The translations under genes were made by a program, and so were the position numbers. A DNA stretch of 34,828 nucleotides. Source: Myxococcales bacterium. Its GTDB lineage: Bacteria > Myxococcota_A > UBA9042 > JABWCM01 > BTVJ01. Below the pieces are notes generated by a model. That model ran no database searches. It saw only the letters and a program-made list of their open reading frames with translations, and was not told the DNA's origin. Shown one piece after another: positions 11,187 to 20,500 of the stretch (the stretch's first letter is position 1; the number at the start of each line of letters is the position of its first letter). The stretch covers positions 1-34,828 of the forward strand of contig BTVJ01000077.1 in assembly GCA_045863395.1 (NCBI GenBank), in the 5' to 3' direction.

Positions 11187-12644
11187 TCAGCGCCCGCGCG
11201 ACAGGATGAAGGGGTACGAGAAGGTCACGCTACCGTTGTCCGGCGGGTCGAAGCGCCATCCGCGGACCTTCTCGACGATGCACTTGCCGATGGACGCGTC
11301 GCTGGTGGAGTTGCTCGTCACGTCGATGCTGGTGATGCGACCGGCGGGCCCGATGGTGAACTGGATGCTGATCTTGCCCTCCACGTTCGGGTTGACCTTC
11401 AGGGCGCGCTCGTAGCAGGTCCGGATGGCGCCCTGGCGGCGGCGGAACACCTTGGCGACGGCGTTCTTGTCGATCTTGCCGGTCCCGATGGCTTGGCCCA
11501 AGGACCCGCCCACCTTGACCTTCACCTTGACCTCGTCAGTGCTCTCCTTCGCCGCGGTCTTGACCGTACCGGCCTTGGGTCCCGCGATCTCGTTGGAGCT
11601 GATCGTCTTGTAGGTGTTCCCGGACGCCTCAGCGCTGGCCTTGGGCCCGCCTCGGAACGTGCCGCTCTCACCCTTCTCGGCGATCTTGACGCCACCAGAG
11701 ATCTCCCATGCCTCGTCGAGCTTCTTTGCAGTGGCGCCGTCGGCCAGGGTGTTGGCGTAGTCGCCGCTCCCAGGTCCGGCCGAGCCCACGAACTTGAGGA
11801 TGGTCGTGGACTTCACCCTCTCCACGGCCTTTGCGTAGGCCTCCGTGCCCTTCTTCAGCGGCTGCTTGGCGCCGACCTGGGCCGCCTGGACCTCGACCTT
11901 CTTCTCCTCCTTCTTCTCCTTGGGCTTCTCGATGGGCGGGGCCTCGACGACCTTCTCCTCGACCTTCTCCTCAGCGACCTCGGTGGGCTCGCCGTCCTTC
12001 TCCTCCTCGTCCTTCTTCGCCTCGGCCTCCTTCTCCTCCTTCTTGATCTCGACCTCGGTCTTCAAGGTCTCGAACAGCTTCGACTCACGACGCTTCGTGG
12101 GCTCCTCGTACTTGCCGTACTTCTCCCACCAGAAGTGCAGGCCGCCGATGAAGCCGCCCTGAATGATGAACGAGAGGGCCATGATGCCGAGGAGCGCCGT
12201 GTCGATGCGGTTGACCCAGCTCCCCTTGGCGATGGCGGGGAGCTGCGGACGCGCCATGGTAGGCGGCGGCGCGACGAACTGGAACAGCAGCGTCACATCC
12301 CCGAGCGTGATCTTGCCACGGCTGTTCTCCGTGAGGGGCACGGTCCAGACGCTGCCCCGCTTCTGCGCGAGCTGCTTCTCTCGAAGCGTCCTGAGGTCGA
12401 TGACCTTGTCCTTCACCGACACACGCCCCCCCATGGTGTCGTCGAAGTTCAGGTGGTATGCCCCGCCCCGGATGTCGAGCAGCTCGAACGTCCGAGGGAG
12501 CCGCGACGCCGGGATGCTGAACGTGTTCTTTGTCGCCTGACCGATGGAGACGGCGTCGTGCTTGCGCAACAAGCGCTCTTCCAGGATCCGGCCGTTCTGG
12601 ATCACCCCAATGCGCAGGATCTTCGTGGTGTTGGGCTTGGACAT
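11187..12644 (-). CDS. GltG/PglI-like TonB-type energy transducer (AgmX/PglI C-terminal domain)
   Basis: N-terminal cytoplasmic domain KILRIGVIQNGRILEERL...RGKITLGDVTLLFQFV, one TM segment, Lys/Glu-rich linker, C-terminal TonB_C-like IRTCYERALKVNPNVEGKISIQFTIGPAG...CIVEKVRGWRF...FSYPF. Start ATG 12644 with RBS GAGGT. Confidence 0.85.
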   Translation of the reverse strand: MSKPNTTKILRIGVIQNGRILEERLLRKHDAVSIGQATKNTFSIPASRLPRTFELLDIRGGAYHLNFDDTMGGRVSVKDKVIDLRTLREKQLAQKRGSVWTVPLTENSRGKITLGDVTLLFQFVAPPPTMARPQLPAIAKGSWVNRIDTALLGIMALSFIIQGGFIGGLHFWWEKYGKYEEPTKRRESKLFETLKTEVEIKKEEKEAEAKKDEEEKDGEPTEVAEEKVEEKVVEAPPIEKPKEKKEEKKVEVQAAQVGAKQPLKKGTEAYAKAVERVKSTTILKFVGSAGPGSGDYANTLADGATAKKLDEAWEISGGVKIAEKGESGTFRGGPKASAEASGNTYKTISSNEIAGPKAGTVKTAAKESTDEVKVKVKVGGSLGQAIGTGKIDKNAVAKVFRRRQGAIRTCYERALKVNPNVEGKISIQFTIGPAGRITSIDVTSNSTSDASIGKCIVEKVRGWRFDPPDNGSVTFSYPFILSRGR

Positions 12645-13396
12645 CCTGTTCAACCTCACCAAGTCGGAGCAGATTCGCTGAGAGCTGGCCCGCCGCTTCC
12701 GGCACGCCGGTGCCGTGGTTGGTGCCCTGCCGTGTCGTGCACAAACCGCCCGTGGGCCACATGTCGACTCACCAGGAACCTATCGGCAGCGCTCCGAGGA
12801 TCTTGAGGGGTGTCCTCGCGGTCGGTCGCGCTGGGGCCGAAGTCCTCCCGGCATCCTTGGGAGCCAACCTGGAGGGCTTCGATCACCAGGTCATGCGCAG
12901 CACTGACCAGCGAGTGCTGAACGCTCTGGTTCGGACCGGGCCCTCGGACAATCACGGCATCCCCTCGACGCTGCCTCTCACAGGCTACAATACGCGCTTC
13001 GCTGCACAACGACACCATTCGTAACACGACGCCCACTCGTCGCGCTGGCTGGTGGGCCGATCCACAAGTCGCAGAGGGCCCATCGCTCGAGCGCTCGCCT
13101 TTGAGCGATCATCGTGCGGTCCTCAGACAACCACTCACAGTACCGGTTCTCGCCCCCCGATGCGAGCGGAGTCCTCACAGCCCGAGCGGCAGCGACGTGC
13201 TTGGACCTCTGGGCGTGCGAATTGTTTCGGCAGGGGAGCTGTGTTCGTGCGGAGGACACCGTGGACCACTTCCGCCGGGCGGGTCCACCTGTGCGCATCT
13301 GACCCACGAAACACGCAGTCGTCATCGGCGGTGTTCAGGGGATGAGCGCTAACGGAGGATGCGGAGGGGCGTTGGGAGTGGCCAGCCGGAGAACGA

Positions 13397-14071
13397 TCAC
13401 CGCTCGCTGGACTTGATGATGGCGAATCGGAGGTCGTGCAGCTCTGCCATGCCCGACGTGTGAACCACCTCGGCGATCATGCGGAACGGGATGTTGCGAT
13501 CACAGATGATGGTCGCCACGCCCTTGTACTCGCGCTGCAGCTTGAGGTTCTCCTCCTTCTGCTCGCGGACCAGGCGCTCCAGCTCCTTGTGGAGGGGCGA
13601 GATCAGGAACTTCTCGTCGGAACCGTCCTCCTTGAAGGACTTGTCCACGTAGAAGTACATCTGATCAGCCCGAGCGTGCTCCTCGGGAGAGCAGGCCTCG
13701 ATGTCGCGCTCACAGTGGCCGAGCATCTCGTAGTCGTCCTCGGAACACATCTGTCCGCCGATCTTGCAGCTCACCTTCACGACGGCCTTCTTGTCGGCCA
13801 GGATGTGCCGCTTGGTCACCGTCACAGGGATCGAGTCCTCCGCGTTGTAGTCCGCGGTGGACTTGGCGAGGACCAGGTCGGCGGTCTGGGTGATGTTCAG
13901 CGGGTCGCTGGTCAGGGTCACGAGGAGGAACACCAACAAGATGGTCATGATGTCCATCAGGGAGTTGATGTTCAGCGAGCCGCCGCCCTTCTCGCGATGC
14001 TTGACTCGCTTCCGCTCCTTGGCCCAATCCTCGTCTTCCTGAGGGGGAGTGTTGAAGATCTCGTCAGCCAT
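13397..14071 (-). CDS. ExbD/TolR-family stator subunit, AglS-like
   Basis: LNINSLMDIMTILLVFLL TM helix with the conserved Asp (D40); C-terminal IICDRNIPFRMIAEVVHTSGMA ExbD periplasmic motif. Confidence 0.9.
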   Translation of the reverse strand: MADEIFNTPPQEDEDWAKERKRVKHREKGGGSLNINSLMDIMTILLVFLLVTLTSDPLNITQTADLVLAKSTADYNAEDSIPVTVTKRHILADKKAVVKVSCKIGGQMCSEDDYEMLGHCERDIEACSPEEHARADQMYFYVDKSFKEDGSDEKFLISPLHKELERLVREQKEENLKLQREYKGVATIICDRNIPFRMIAEVVHTSGMAELHDLRFAIIKSSER

Positions 14072-14130
14072 CTCTTTTCGCTCTCCTGACAGACCGGATT
14101 CCGAGCCAGCGGCTCCGGCTGAGTCGCGTA

Positions 14131-14721
14131 TCAGTCAGCTACCACGAACACCACGTTGTCGAACAGCACCTGCGCCTCGCCTGTGTTGGCCTCACGCTTC
14201 GGCTTGGCCGCGGAATAGCTCGAGAGGTCGTCGTAGGAGTCCTCCTCGAGCTGCACGCGAGACGCGTCAATGGTCCGCGCGATGATGTGCCAGGGGATGT
14301 CGAAGTCCGCGCCGATGTTGATTGTTCGCTCCTTCGGCCACTGCTTCTTCTTCGTCATCAGACGAGAGTACAGCCTCGGGTAGTCGTAATCGACATAGGA
14401 CACGCCGTCGTCCGTCTGGAAGGTGCGCTTCATGATCTGCGGCTCTGGCTCCGTCGTGAGCTCCTCCTCCTGCGACAGCTTGAAGCCCTTCTCCGACACC
14501 AGAACCGTGAGGTTCAGCGGCTTCTTCTCGTTCTCCTTCTTCGCCTCCGACTTGCCCGTCCCCATCTTGGGTGCGGACACGCCCTGGATCTTCACTTCGA
14601 AGAAGTTGAACGCGTACAGAAGGACCGGAATGAGGATCGTGAGGATCGCCATGATGGGCGTCAGGTTGATCTCATCCAGCTCTACTGCGGAGTGGCTTCG
14701 CTCTGATGGTTTCCGTGACAT
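14131..14721 (-). CDS. ExbD/TolR-family stator subunit, AglQ-like, conserved TM Asp replaced by Ala
   Basis: EINLTPIMAILTILIPVLL TM helix, LNLTVLVSEKGF, YDYPRLYSRL, INIGADFDIPWHIIARTIDASR, ending LFDNVVF; lies between the ExbB-like gene and the second ExbD-like gene. Confidence 0.88.
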   Translation of the reverse strand: MSRKPSERSHSAVELDEINLTPIMAILTILIPVLLYAFNFFEVKIQGVSAPKMGTGKSEAKKENEKKPLNLTVLVSEKGFKLSQEEELTTEPEPQIMKRTFQTDDGVSYVDYDYPRLYSRLMTKKKQWPKERTINIGADFDIPWHIIARTIDASRVQLEEDSYDDLSSYSAAKPKREANTGEAQVLFDNVVFVVAD

Positions 14722-14799
14722 TCAGTCCTCCCGGGGAGCTCACGTTCAGGGCGCGCCGCACCGCGCGGCGCTGCCCCTTTCCATGGGTCTCCTCTTGAA

Positions 14800-15456
14800 C
14801 TAGCGCTCGCCGCCCTCAGCACCGCCGCCAGAGCGACCGCGGGAGATCAGGAGGTTCTCGAGCTTCACGGAGTACTGATCGATCTCATCGATGATCTTCT
14901 TGGTGACGCCCGACAGGAAGATGTGCGCGGCCATGCACGGGATGGCGACGATCAGACCGAATGCCGTCGTGTTCATGGCGAGCGAGATGTTGCGGCCGAG
15001 GGCCTCCTGCCGCTTGTCGGCGGACACGTTGGCCAGGTCGTTGAAGGCTCCGATCATTCCGATGATCGTTCCGAGCAGTCCGAGCAGAGTCGCGATGTTC
15101 GCGATGGCCTGAAGGGAGTTGGTTCGCTTCTGGATGTGAGGCACGACCTCGAGGGTCGCCTCCTCGACGGCGTTCTGGATCTCCAGCTCGCCCTTGTTGG
15201 CTCGCGTGAGGCCCGCCTTGATGACCTTCGCCAATGCAGCCGACGGTGCCGCGTTGCAGAGCTTGATCGCCCGGTCGATGTTGTTGGCCATGACCAGCTT
15301 CTGGATCTGCGCCATGAAGGCAGTCGCATTGATGTTGTACTTGAAGAACAGGAAGATGAACCGCTCGATCATGATGCCGACGCCGAAGATGGACACCACG
15401 AGGATGATGTACATCCAGATGCCGCCGGTTGAGAATGCCTTTGCGATCTGGTCCAT
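14800..15456 (-). CDS. MotA/TolQ/ExbB proton-channel protein, AglR-like
   Basis: GGIWMYII...IERF, ANIATLLGLLGTIIGMIGAF, ISLAMNTTAFGLIVAIP; RBS GGAGG. Confidence 0.93.
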   Translation of the reverse strand: MDQIAKAFSTGGIWMYIILVVSIFGVGIMIERFIFLFFKYNINATAFMAQIQKLVMANNIDRAIKLCNAAPSAALAKVIKAGLTRANKGELEIQNAVEEATLEVVPHIQKRTNSLQAIANIATLLGLLGTIIGMIGAFNDLANVSADKRQEALGRNISLAMNTTAFGLIVAIPCMAAHIFLSGVTKKIIDEIDQYSVKLENLLISRGRSGGGAEGGER

Positions 15457-15570
15457 GAGACGCTACCTCCACACAGGTGTGACCTTGCCAGAAGACCCTG
15501 ACTGACCTACTCGATGCCCGAGTTCGATGTCCGACGCGATGCTCTCCGTGCATGACGCTGGGGAGCCGCG

Positions 15571-15600
15571 ATCTTTACTTCATTTGTCGTTCCCTGTCAC
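15571..15600 (-). promoter_or_regulatory. Possible internal promoter for the stator genes
   Basis: Minus strand GTGACA-N17-TAAAGA(T) in a locally AT-rich patch enclosed by a 10-bp inverted repeat (15557-15566 / 15632-15641). Confidence 0.4.
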
Positions 15601-15665
15601 GTCGCGAGTGCGCCGGCTCGCTGTCCCCACCGCTCCCCAGCATCGCATGCCTGCGGGAAAGAGCC

Positions 15666-15974
15666 CTAGAAGGGGTTGTCGCGCACGGACTGGACGACCT
15701 TGTCCACGAAACTCTTCTTGACCTCGCGATCACCGTACCTCGCGTCCGTCCGTCCCAGGACATAGAAGACCTCGGGCTTCTGGATGCGCCCCTCTATGAC
15801 GAGGGCCTCCAGCTCTTGCACCCGCGGGGGAGCCTTCTCTGCCCGCTTGCCCTTGCCTGATGCCGCTGCTCCGCTGCCTGACTCGGCAGGATCCTGCGCT
15901 GACGCCAACGACCCCGAGAGCAGAAGCGCGCCTACTATAGCAAAGCGACCAGTCGATTTGAACAATCTTTTCAT
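15666..15974 (-). CDS. GltF/CglF-like small periplasmic protein
   Basis: Signal peptide ending ASA-Q; C-terminal IEGRIQKPEVFYVLGR...SFVDKVVQSVRDNPF matches the recalled GltF-family pattern; follows the GltE-like gene. Confidence 0.8.
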   Translation of the reverse strand: MKRLFKSTGRFAIVGALLLSGSLASAQDPAESGSGAAASGKGKRAEKAPPRVQELEALVIEGRIQKPEVFYVLGRTDARYGDREVKKSFVDKVVQSVRDNPF

Positions 15975-16024
15975 GGGCCGATCCTTCGCTCTTCGTCACG
16001 AAAGGTGGTGACGGTTACACTACG

Positions 16025-17527
16025 CTACTGCGGCTCCGGTAGAGGGACGGGCTCCTCCTCCGGGGGGGGGAGCGTCGCGGGCGCCGGCTCACCGCTCGGC
16101 GCAGGCTCGGGCGCGGCCGAGGGAGTCGGGTCTGGGAGTGCCGGGGGCGGTGGAGAGCGCTCCAGGGGAGCCTCTACCGGTGGAGATGGCGCAGGAGGAG
16201 CTACCTCACCCCCGGGCTCCTCACCCGGGTCGCCCTGGTCCTCCGGGTCGCCCTGGTCCTCCGGGTCGCCCTGGTCCTCCGGGTCGCCCTGGTCATCTTG
16301 CGGCTCCTCATCAGCCGGCTCGGGCTGCTTCTGCGCCTCCTCCCGCCGCTGCTGCTCGATCTTGATCAGCTCCTTCGCCTCAGCGATGAAGCCGTCGATC
16401 TCTTCATCGCGCGCGCTCGACGCCCTCCTGGTCCGACGGTACTCACCGAACTCGTCCATGGATCTCTGGAGCCGCGCCTCTGGATCCAGCCCGGCGACCT
16501 GGTTCTCCAGATAGAGGATGCCCAGGTTGTAGTGGGCCTCCGCCAGGGTCACGTCGATGGACAGGGCCTTGCGATATGCTTCCTCGGCCTCGCGATACTG
16601 CTGGAGCCCGCGCAGGCCATTGCCCAGGTGCAGGTACAGCGACGCCACGCCCGGCGCGAGCGCAATGGCCCGGCGCAGCTCCTCGACGGCGGCCGAAGCG
16701 TCACCCACCTGTGCATAGAGCGCGCCCAATGCGCTGAGCGCCTCGATGAACTCCGGGTGCGCCTCCACCGCCTTCTGCAGATAGTGGATGGCGCCGGTCA
16801 GGTCCTGGTCCGTGACCCGGATTCGAGCCATGAGGAGGTAGAGCTCCGCATCTGGTCTGATCTCCAGCGCCTGCTTCAAGATATAGCCGGCGTTCTCCAG
16901 CTTCCCCATCTTGAGGTAGCAGGCAGCCAGATTCCTCATGGCGCCCAGGTTGGTCTCATCCTTCTTGAGGACCTCCCGTGCCTCGCGGAGGACCGCCGAG
17001 AGGTCGCCACTCTCGATCATCGCCCTGTGGAGGATGTTCTGGAAGCTGAGGTTGTCCGCATCCTCGCGCGCCGCATCACGCGCGAGCTCAACCGCACGTT
17101 GCGGCTCGCCTGCTACGGCCCAGGTCCGGACTGCAAGGTCCAGGGCCGCCACATAGGGTGACTCCGTGCTGTCGCGGAACGCCCTCTCGGCGCTCTCGGC
17201 CGCCTCCCGATGCCGCCCCAGCCGCGAGAGTCCGATGGCGAGCTTGTACCGGGTGGCCGGGGTCGACGCTCCACCCTCGATGGCCTGCTGAAGGCGCTCG
17301 ACGGCCTCCTGGGTACGGCTCGCCGCCAGCAGGTCGGAGCCCTGCGACGCCAGGGCCTCGGCGTCGATCCTGGGAGCTTGCGGCACGGCATCTTGGGGAG
17401 GCGTGAGTCGGACCTCCCTTGGCGTGCCCGAGCAGCCCGCCAAGACGACCAGTGCGGGCACCACGGTCCGCAACGCCAGTCGACCGAAGGCAGCAGGGCG
17501 AACCCACCGAAGACAGGCCAACATCAC
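16025..17527 (-). CDS. GltE/AglT-like TPR lipoprotein with acidic Pro-rich tail
   Basis: Lipobox LAGC, multiple TPRs (e.g. LHLGNGLRGLQQYREAEEAYRKAL, AHYNLGILYL); GTG start overlaps the upstream TGA. Confidence 0.82.
   Translation of the reverse strand: MMLACLRWVRPAAFGRLALRTVVPALVVLAGCSGTPREVRLTPPQDAVPQAPRIDAEALASQGSDLLAASRTQEAVERLQQAIEGGASTPATRYKLAIGLSRLGRHREAAESAERAFRDSTESPYVAALDLAVRTWAVAGEPQRAVELARDAAREDADNLSFQNILHRAMIESGDLSAVLREAREVLKKDETNLGAMRNLAACYLKMGKLENAGYILKQALEIRPDAELYLLMARIRVTDQDLTGAIHYLQKAVEAHPEFIEALSALGALYAQVGDASAAVEELRRAIALAPGVASLYLHLGNGLRGLQQYREAEEAYRKALSIDVTLAEAHYNLGILYLENQVAGLDPEARLQRSMDEFGEYRRTRRASSARDEEIDGFIAEAKELIKIEQQRREEAQKQPEPADEEPQDDQGDPEDQGDPEDQGDPEDQGDPGEEPGGEVAPPAPSPPVEAPLERSPPPPALPDPTPSAAPEPAPSGEPAPATLPPPEEEPVPLPEPQ
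16225..16294. repeat. 18-bp tandem repeat, about 3.9 copies, encoding (E/D)DQGDP in the GltE-like tail
   Basis: Unit ccgggtcgccctggtcct at 16225, 16243 and 16261, with a 16-nt partial copy at 16279. Confidence 0.95.
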
Positions 17528-20500
17528 GGCTGCCCCCCATCACTGCGGTCGGCGTCGTCCGGCTCCGGGAGCACTCCGCTCGGCTTGCTTTGAGGTGGCT
17601 CCGGTGGGGTCGGCTCCGCTCCAGTCGGCGCGGGCGAACCTGCGCTGGGCACCTCCCCTCCGGGTGCTTGGGGCGAGGTGGCACCTTCGCCGGCTGGCGG
17701 ATCGACGACGTCCTCGGGCTCTTCGATCTCCTCAGGTCGCTCCACGCCCTCCCCCGGTTTGGCGTCCGGCAGCGCGGCTCCAACCGCCGAGAACTCCAGG
17801 ACCTGCTTCTCTTGCTTGAGGAGCGGGTACTCCGCGGGCTTGTACTTGTTGATGCTCTCCAAGGCTCGTCGGGTCCATTCGTTCGTGACCTTCAGCTCCC
17901 GCGCCTTGGCCAGGGTGGTCTCGTAGCGCTCGATGGCGGTGTTCTCGTACCGGAGCCCGGCGTCCTCCAGCTCGGTCATGTAGAGGTCCTCCTCCTCCTC
18001 GGTGAGCGAGTCGGGGACCGGCGCCGAGTAAAGCGTCTTCGCATACTCCTGGTAGATGTTGCCGATGCGGAAGTAGCCGGCGAAGGTCCAGTCGAGGGCC
18101 TTGTACGGGAAGATGTCGATGTACGCCTTCTCGAGTTCGTAGAGCATCGCCTCCTTGCGCTGCAGAGTCTTCCCCATCTGCGTCAGGTTCCCCTTGAGCT
18201 CGATGGCCTTGTACTCGGCGAACTTCATCTCGATGAGCTCGAACTGGGCCTTGGCCGGGAAGGCAGCCTCCTCCGACCCAGCTTGGAGGCCCCGCGCCTG
18301 GAACTCGGCGATGACCTTCTGATAGAGGCTCGACGCCTCGCGCTGGTTGCCTCGCGCCTTCGCGGCATCCGCCAGCTCCAGGGTTGCCTGGACGACGAGG
18401 GCGTTGGCGCTCGGAGTCGCGCCGTACTTGGCGATGAACTGTTTGAAGATGCGCTCGGCGTCCTTGTGACGCCCCATGTCCTTGTAGATGGACGCCGCCC
18501 GGAACAGCGCGTCGGCCGCGTCATCTCGCTCGAGGAAGAGCTGCTCGTACCGCTCGAAGTTGGCCGCCGCGTCCACGAGCTGCTGGTCGTTCTGCTGCAG
18601 ACGCGCCGCCTCGAAGAGGGAGTAGGGTGCGTTCGGGTTCTTCGGGTTCTTGCGGACGAGGGCAAGGAAGCCGCTGATGGCCCGGTCGAAGTTGAAGAAC
18701 TTCTTGTTGTTCTCGCTGAGGCGGAACAGGGCATCCTCCACGAACTCGCTCTGCGCGAAGCGCGGCTCCGTCACGATGCGCTCGAAGATGCGGGCCGCCG
18801 AGTCGTAGTGGTGCACCTGCTGATAGGCCATCGCCGCGTTGTAGAGCGCCTTGTCGGCGAACTGCACCTGGCGCCCCTCGTTCTCGTCCACCAGGCGCTC
18901 GAACTCGCGGGCGGCGGCGAGGTACTTCTCCTCCGCCAGGAGCTGCTCGGCCCTCTGGAACTGGGCGCCGAGCTTGAAGACCCGGATCTCTTCCTGGAGC
19001 TTGGCCGCGTCCTCTCCCTTGCCAATCTTCTTCTGGGCGATGATCCCGGCCCACTTCTCGATGCTGGCCCAGTCGTTCTCTTCCTTGAAGGAGTTGATGA
19101 TGTTGGCTGCGGCGTATGCCGCCACCTCGCTGCCCGGGTAGCGATCGATGATCTCGGCAAAGCGGCGGCGCGACTCGTCGTACTGCTTGAATCGGTGCAC
19201 CATCTCGGCTGCCTGATACGCCAGGTTGCCTTGTGCGTCCTTGTCCTTGGCGCGGTTGAGGTCCGCCTTGACGTAGGCGTCCACTTCGCCGACCCACCGT
19301 GAGACCAGCGGCGGGATGGGCTTGCCCTGTACGCGCGCGACCTCCGTACCACGGCCCTGTCGACCGTCACCCTGCTCCTCTTCAGCCGCGGCGACCTCGC
19401 CCGGCACGGCGCTGCGCGCGAGTCGCCCCGCCGCAGCTTCGGTCTCCATGTACTTCTCGATGGCCTTGATGGCCGAGAACCCCGCTACCTCACGATACTT
19501 CGCCTTCTCCGGCCAGTCGCGCACGCGCACGTAGCGGTCCGCTCCGTCGAGGAAGCGCCCGGAGTAGAACAGCGTCTCCGCATGGAAGAAGGTGAGGTCG
19601 TAGGCATCGCGGCTCGCCGGGTAGCGGTCGAGATACACCGCGTAGGCGGTCGCCGCCTCCTGGTACTCGCGCGCCGCCTGCTCGAGCAGCGAAGGATCGC
19701 TCTCCGTCGATGCGCGCGACTTGAGCTCCTGGGCAAGCTGGTGGTGGAACTGCGCCGTCTGCCTGAGCGCCTGCTCGACGAGCCTGTCGGCGGTCGACGT
19801 CGCGGCCGGCTCGTCCATGTTGGCCCGGTACCAGGGGCTCCCGGGCGCGAACATCGTCGCGAGCTGGAGCCGGGCCTTCATGGAGCGGTCCGTGTCCCGC
19901 ATGATGTCGTAGATGGCGATCACCTTCTCCATGTACTCCGGGTTCTCCTTGGCCTTGGGATCCCGGTCGATCAGGCGGAGGTAGACCTCGGCGGCCTGCG
20001 CATACTTCGTGCGCTCGTGCAGCTCGTACAGGCTCTTGGCGTACTCGGCGATGATCTCTCGCTCATAGGGTTTGCCATCCCGCAGGTAGGACATGGCCCG
20101 ATCAACGCCCGCGTTGTCGTCCGGGAGGCCATCTCCGTCCCAGTCGTCCTCCGCGAGGCTCAGGGCGAGGTACTCGATGGCCTCGATCCGAAGCGCACCG
20201 GCCAAGGCCCGATCCCCCTTCTCCGCCACGTGGTCATACGACTCGATGAGCTGCTTGAAGGCGACGATGGCCTTGTCGTAGTCGTACTGCTGGAAGTAGG
20301 TCCACGCGAGCTTGTAGACGGCCATCTCGTAGAAGCGGCTGTCCGGGTACTCCATCGCTGCCTTGTATGCAGCGACGGCCTGCTCCCAGTCGCCGTCGTC
20401 GAAGTGGAACTCACCCACGCGCAGCCACGCCTCGGCGGCATACTTGGACTTGGGGTACCTCTGCACGAGGGTCGTGAACGTCTCGCGGGCTTGATCGTCC

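Noticed and set aside
12656..13352. Short ORFs in the stator-gltG gap (12656-13036, 12978-13325, 13052-13345, 13101-13352)
   Set aside because: No recognisable motif or convincing RBS, and atypical composition; not called as genes.
12645..13396. Known ncRNA (6S, tmRNA, RNase P, SRP), riboswitch or CsrA-sponge RNA in the gap
   Set aside because: No diagnostic motifs were recognised, and GGA occurrences look like background with essentially one ANGGA on the minus strand.
13397..15456. Calling the stator genes a Tol-Pal or TonB uptake system
   Set aside because: No tolA/tolB/pal or TonB-dependent receptor is present; two ExbD paralogs flanked by GltD/E/F/G-like genes fit the Agl-Glt family.
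16062..16070. G9 homopolymer in the gltE-like gene as a phase-variation tract
   Set aside because: It encodes Leu-Pro-Pro-Pro about 12 codons from the stop. Slippage would alter only the tail end, and a TAG at 16020-16022 blocks fusion to the gltF-like frame.
16225..16294. Tandem repeats (here and at 34381-34790) as a CRISPR array
   Set aside because: They are in-frame coding repeats without unique spacers, and no cas genes are present.
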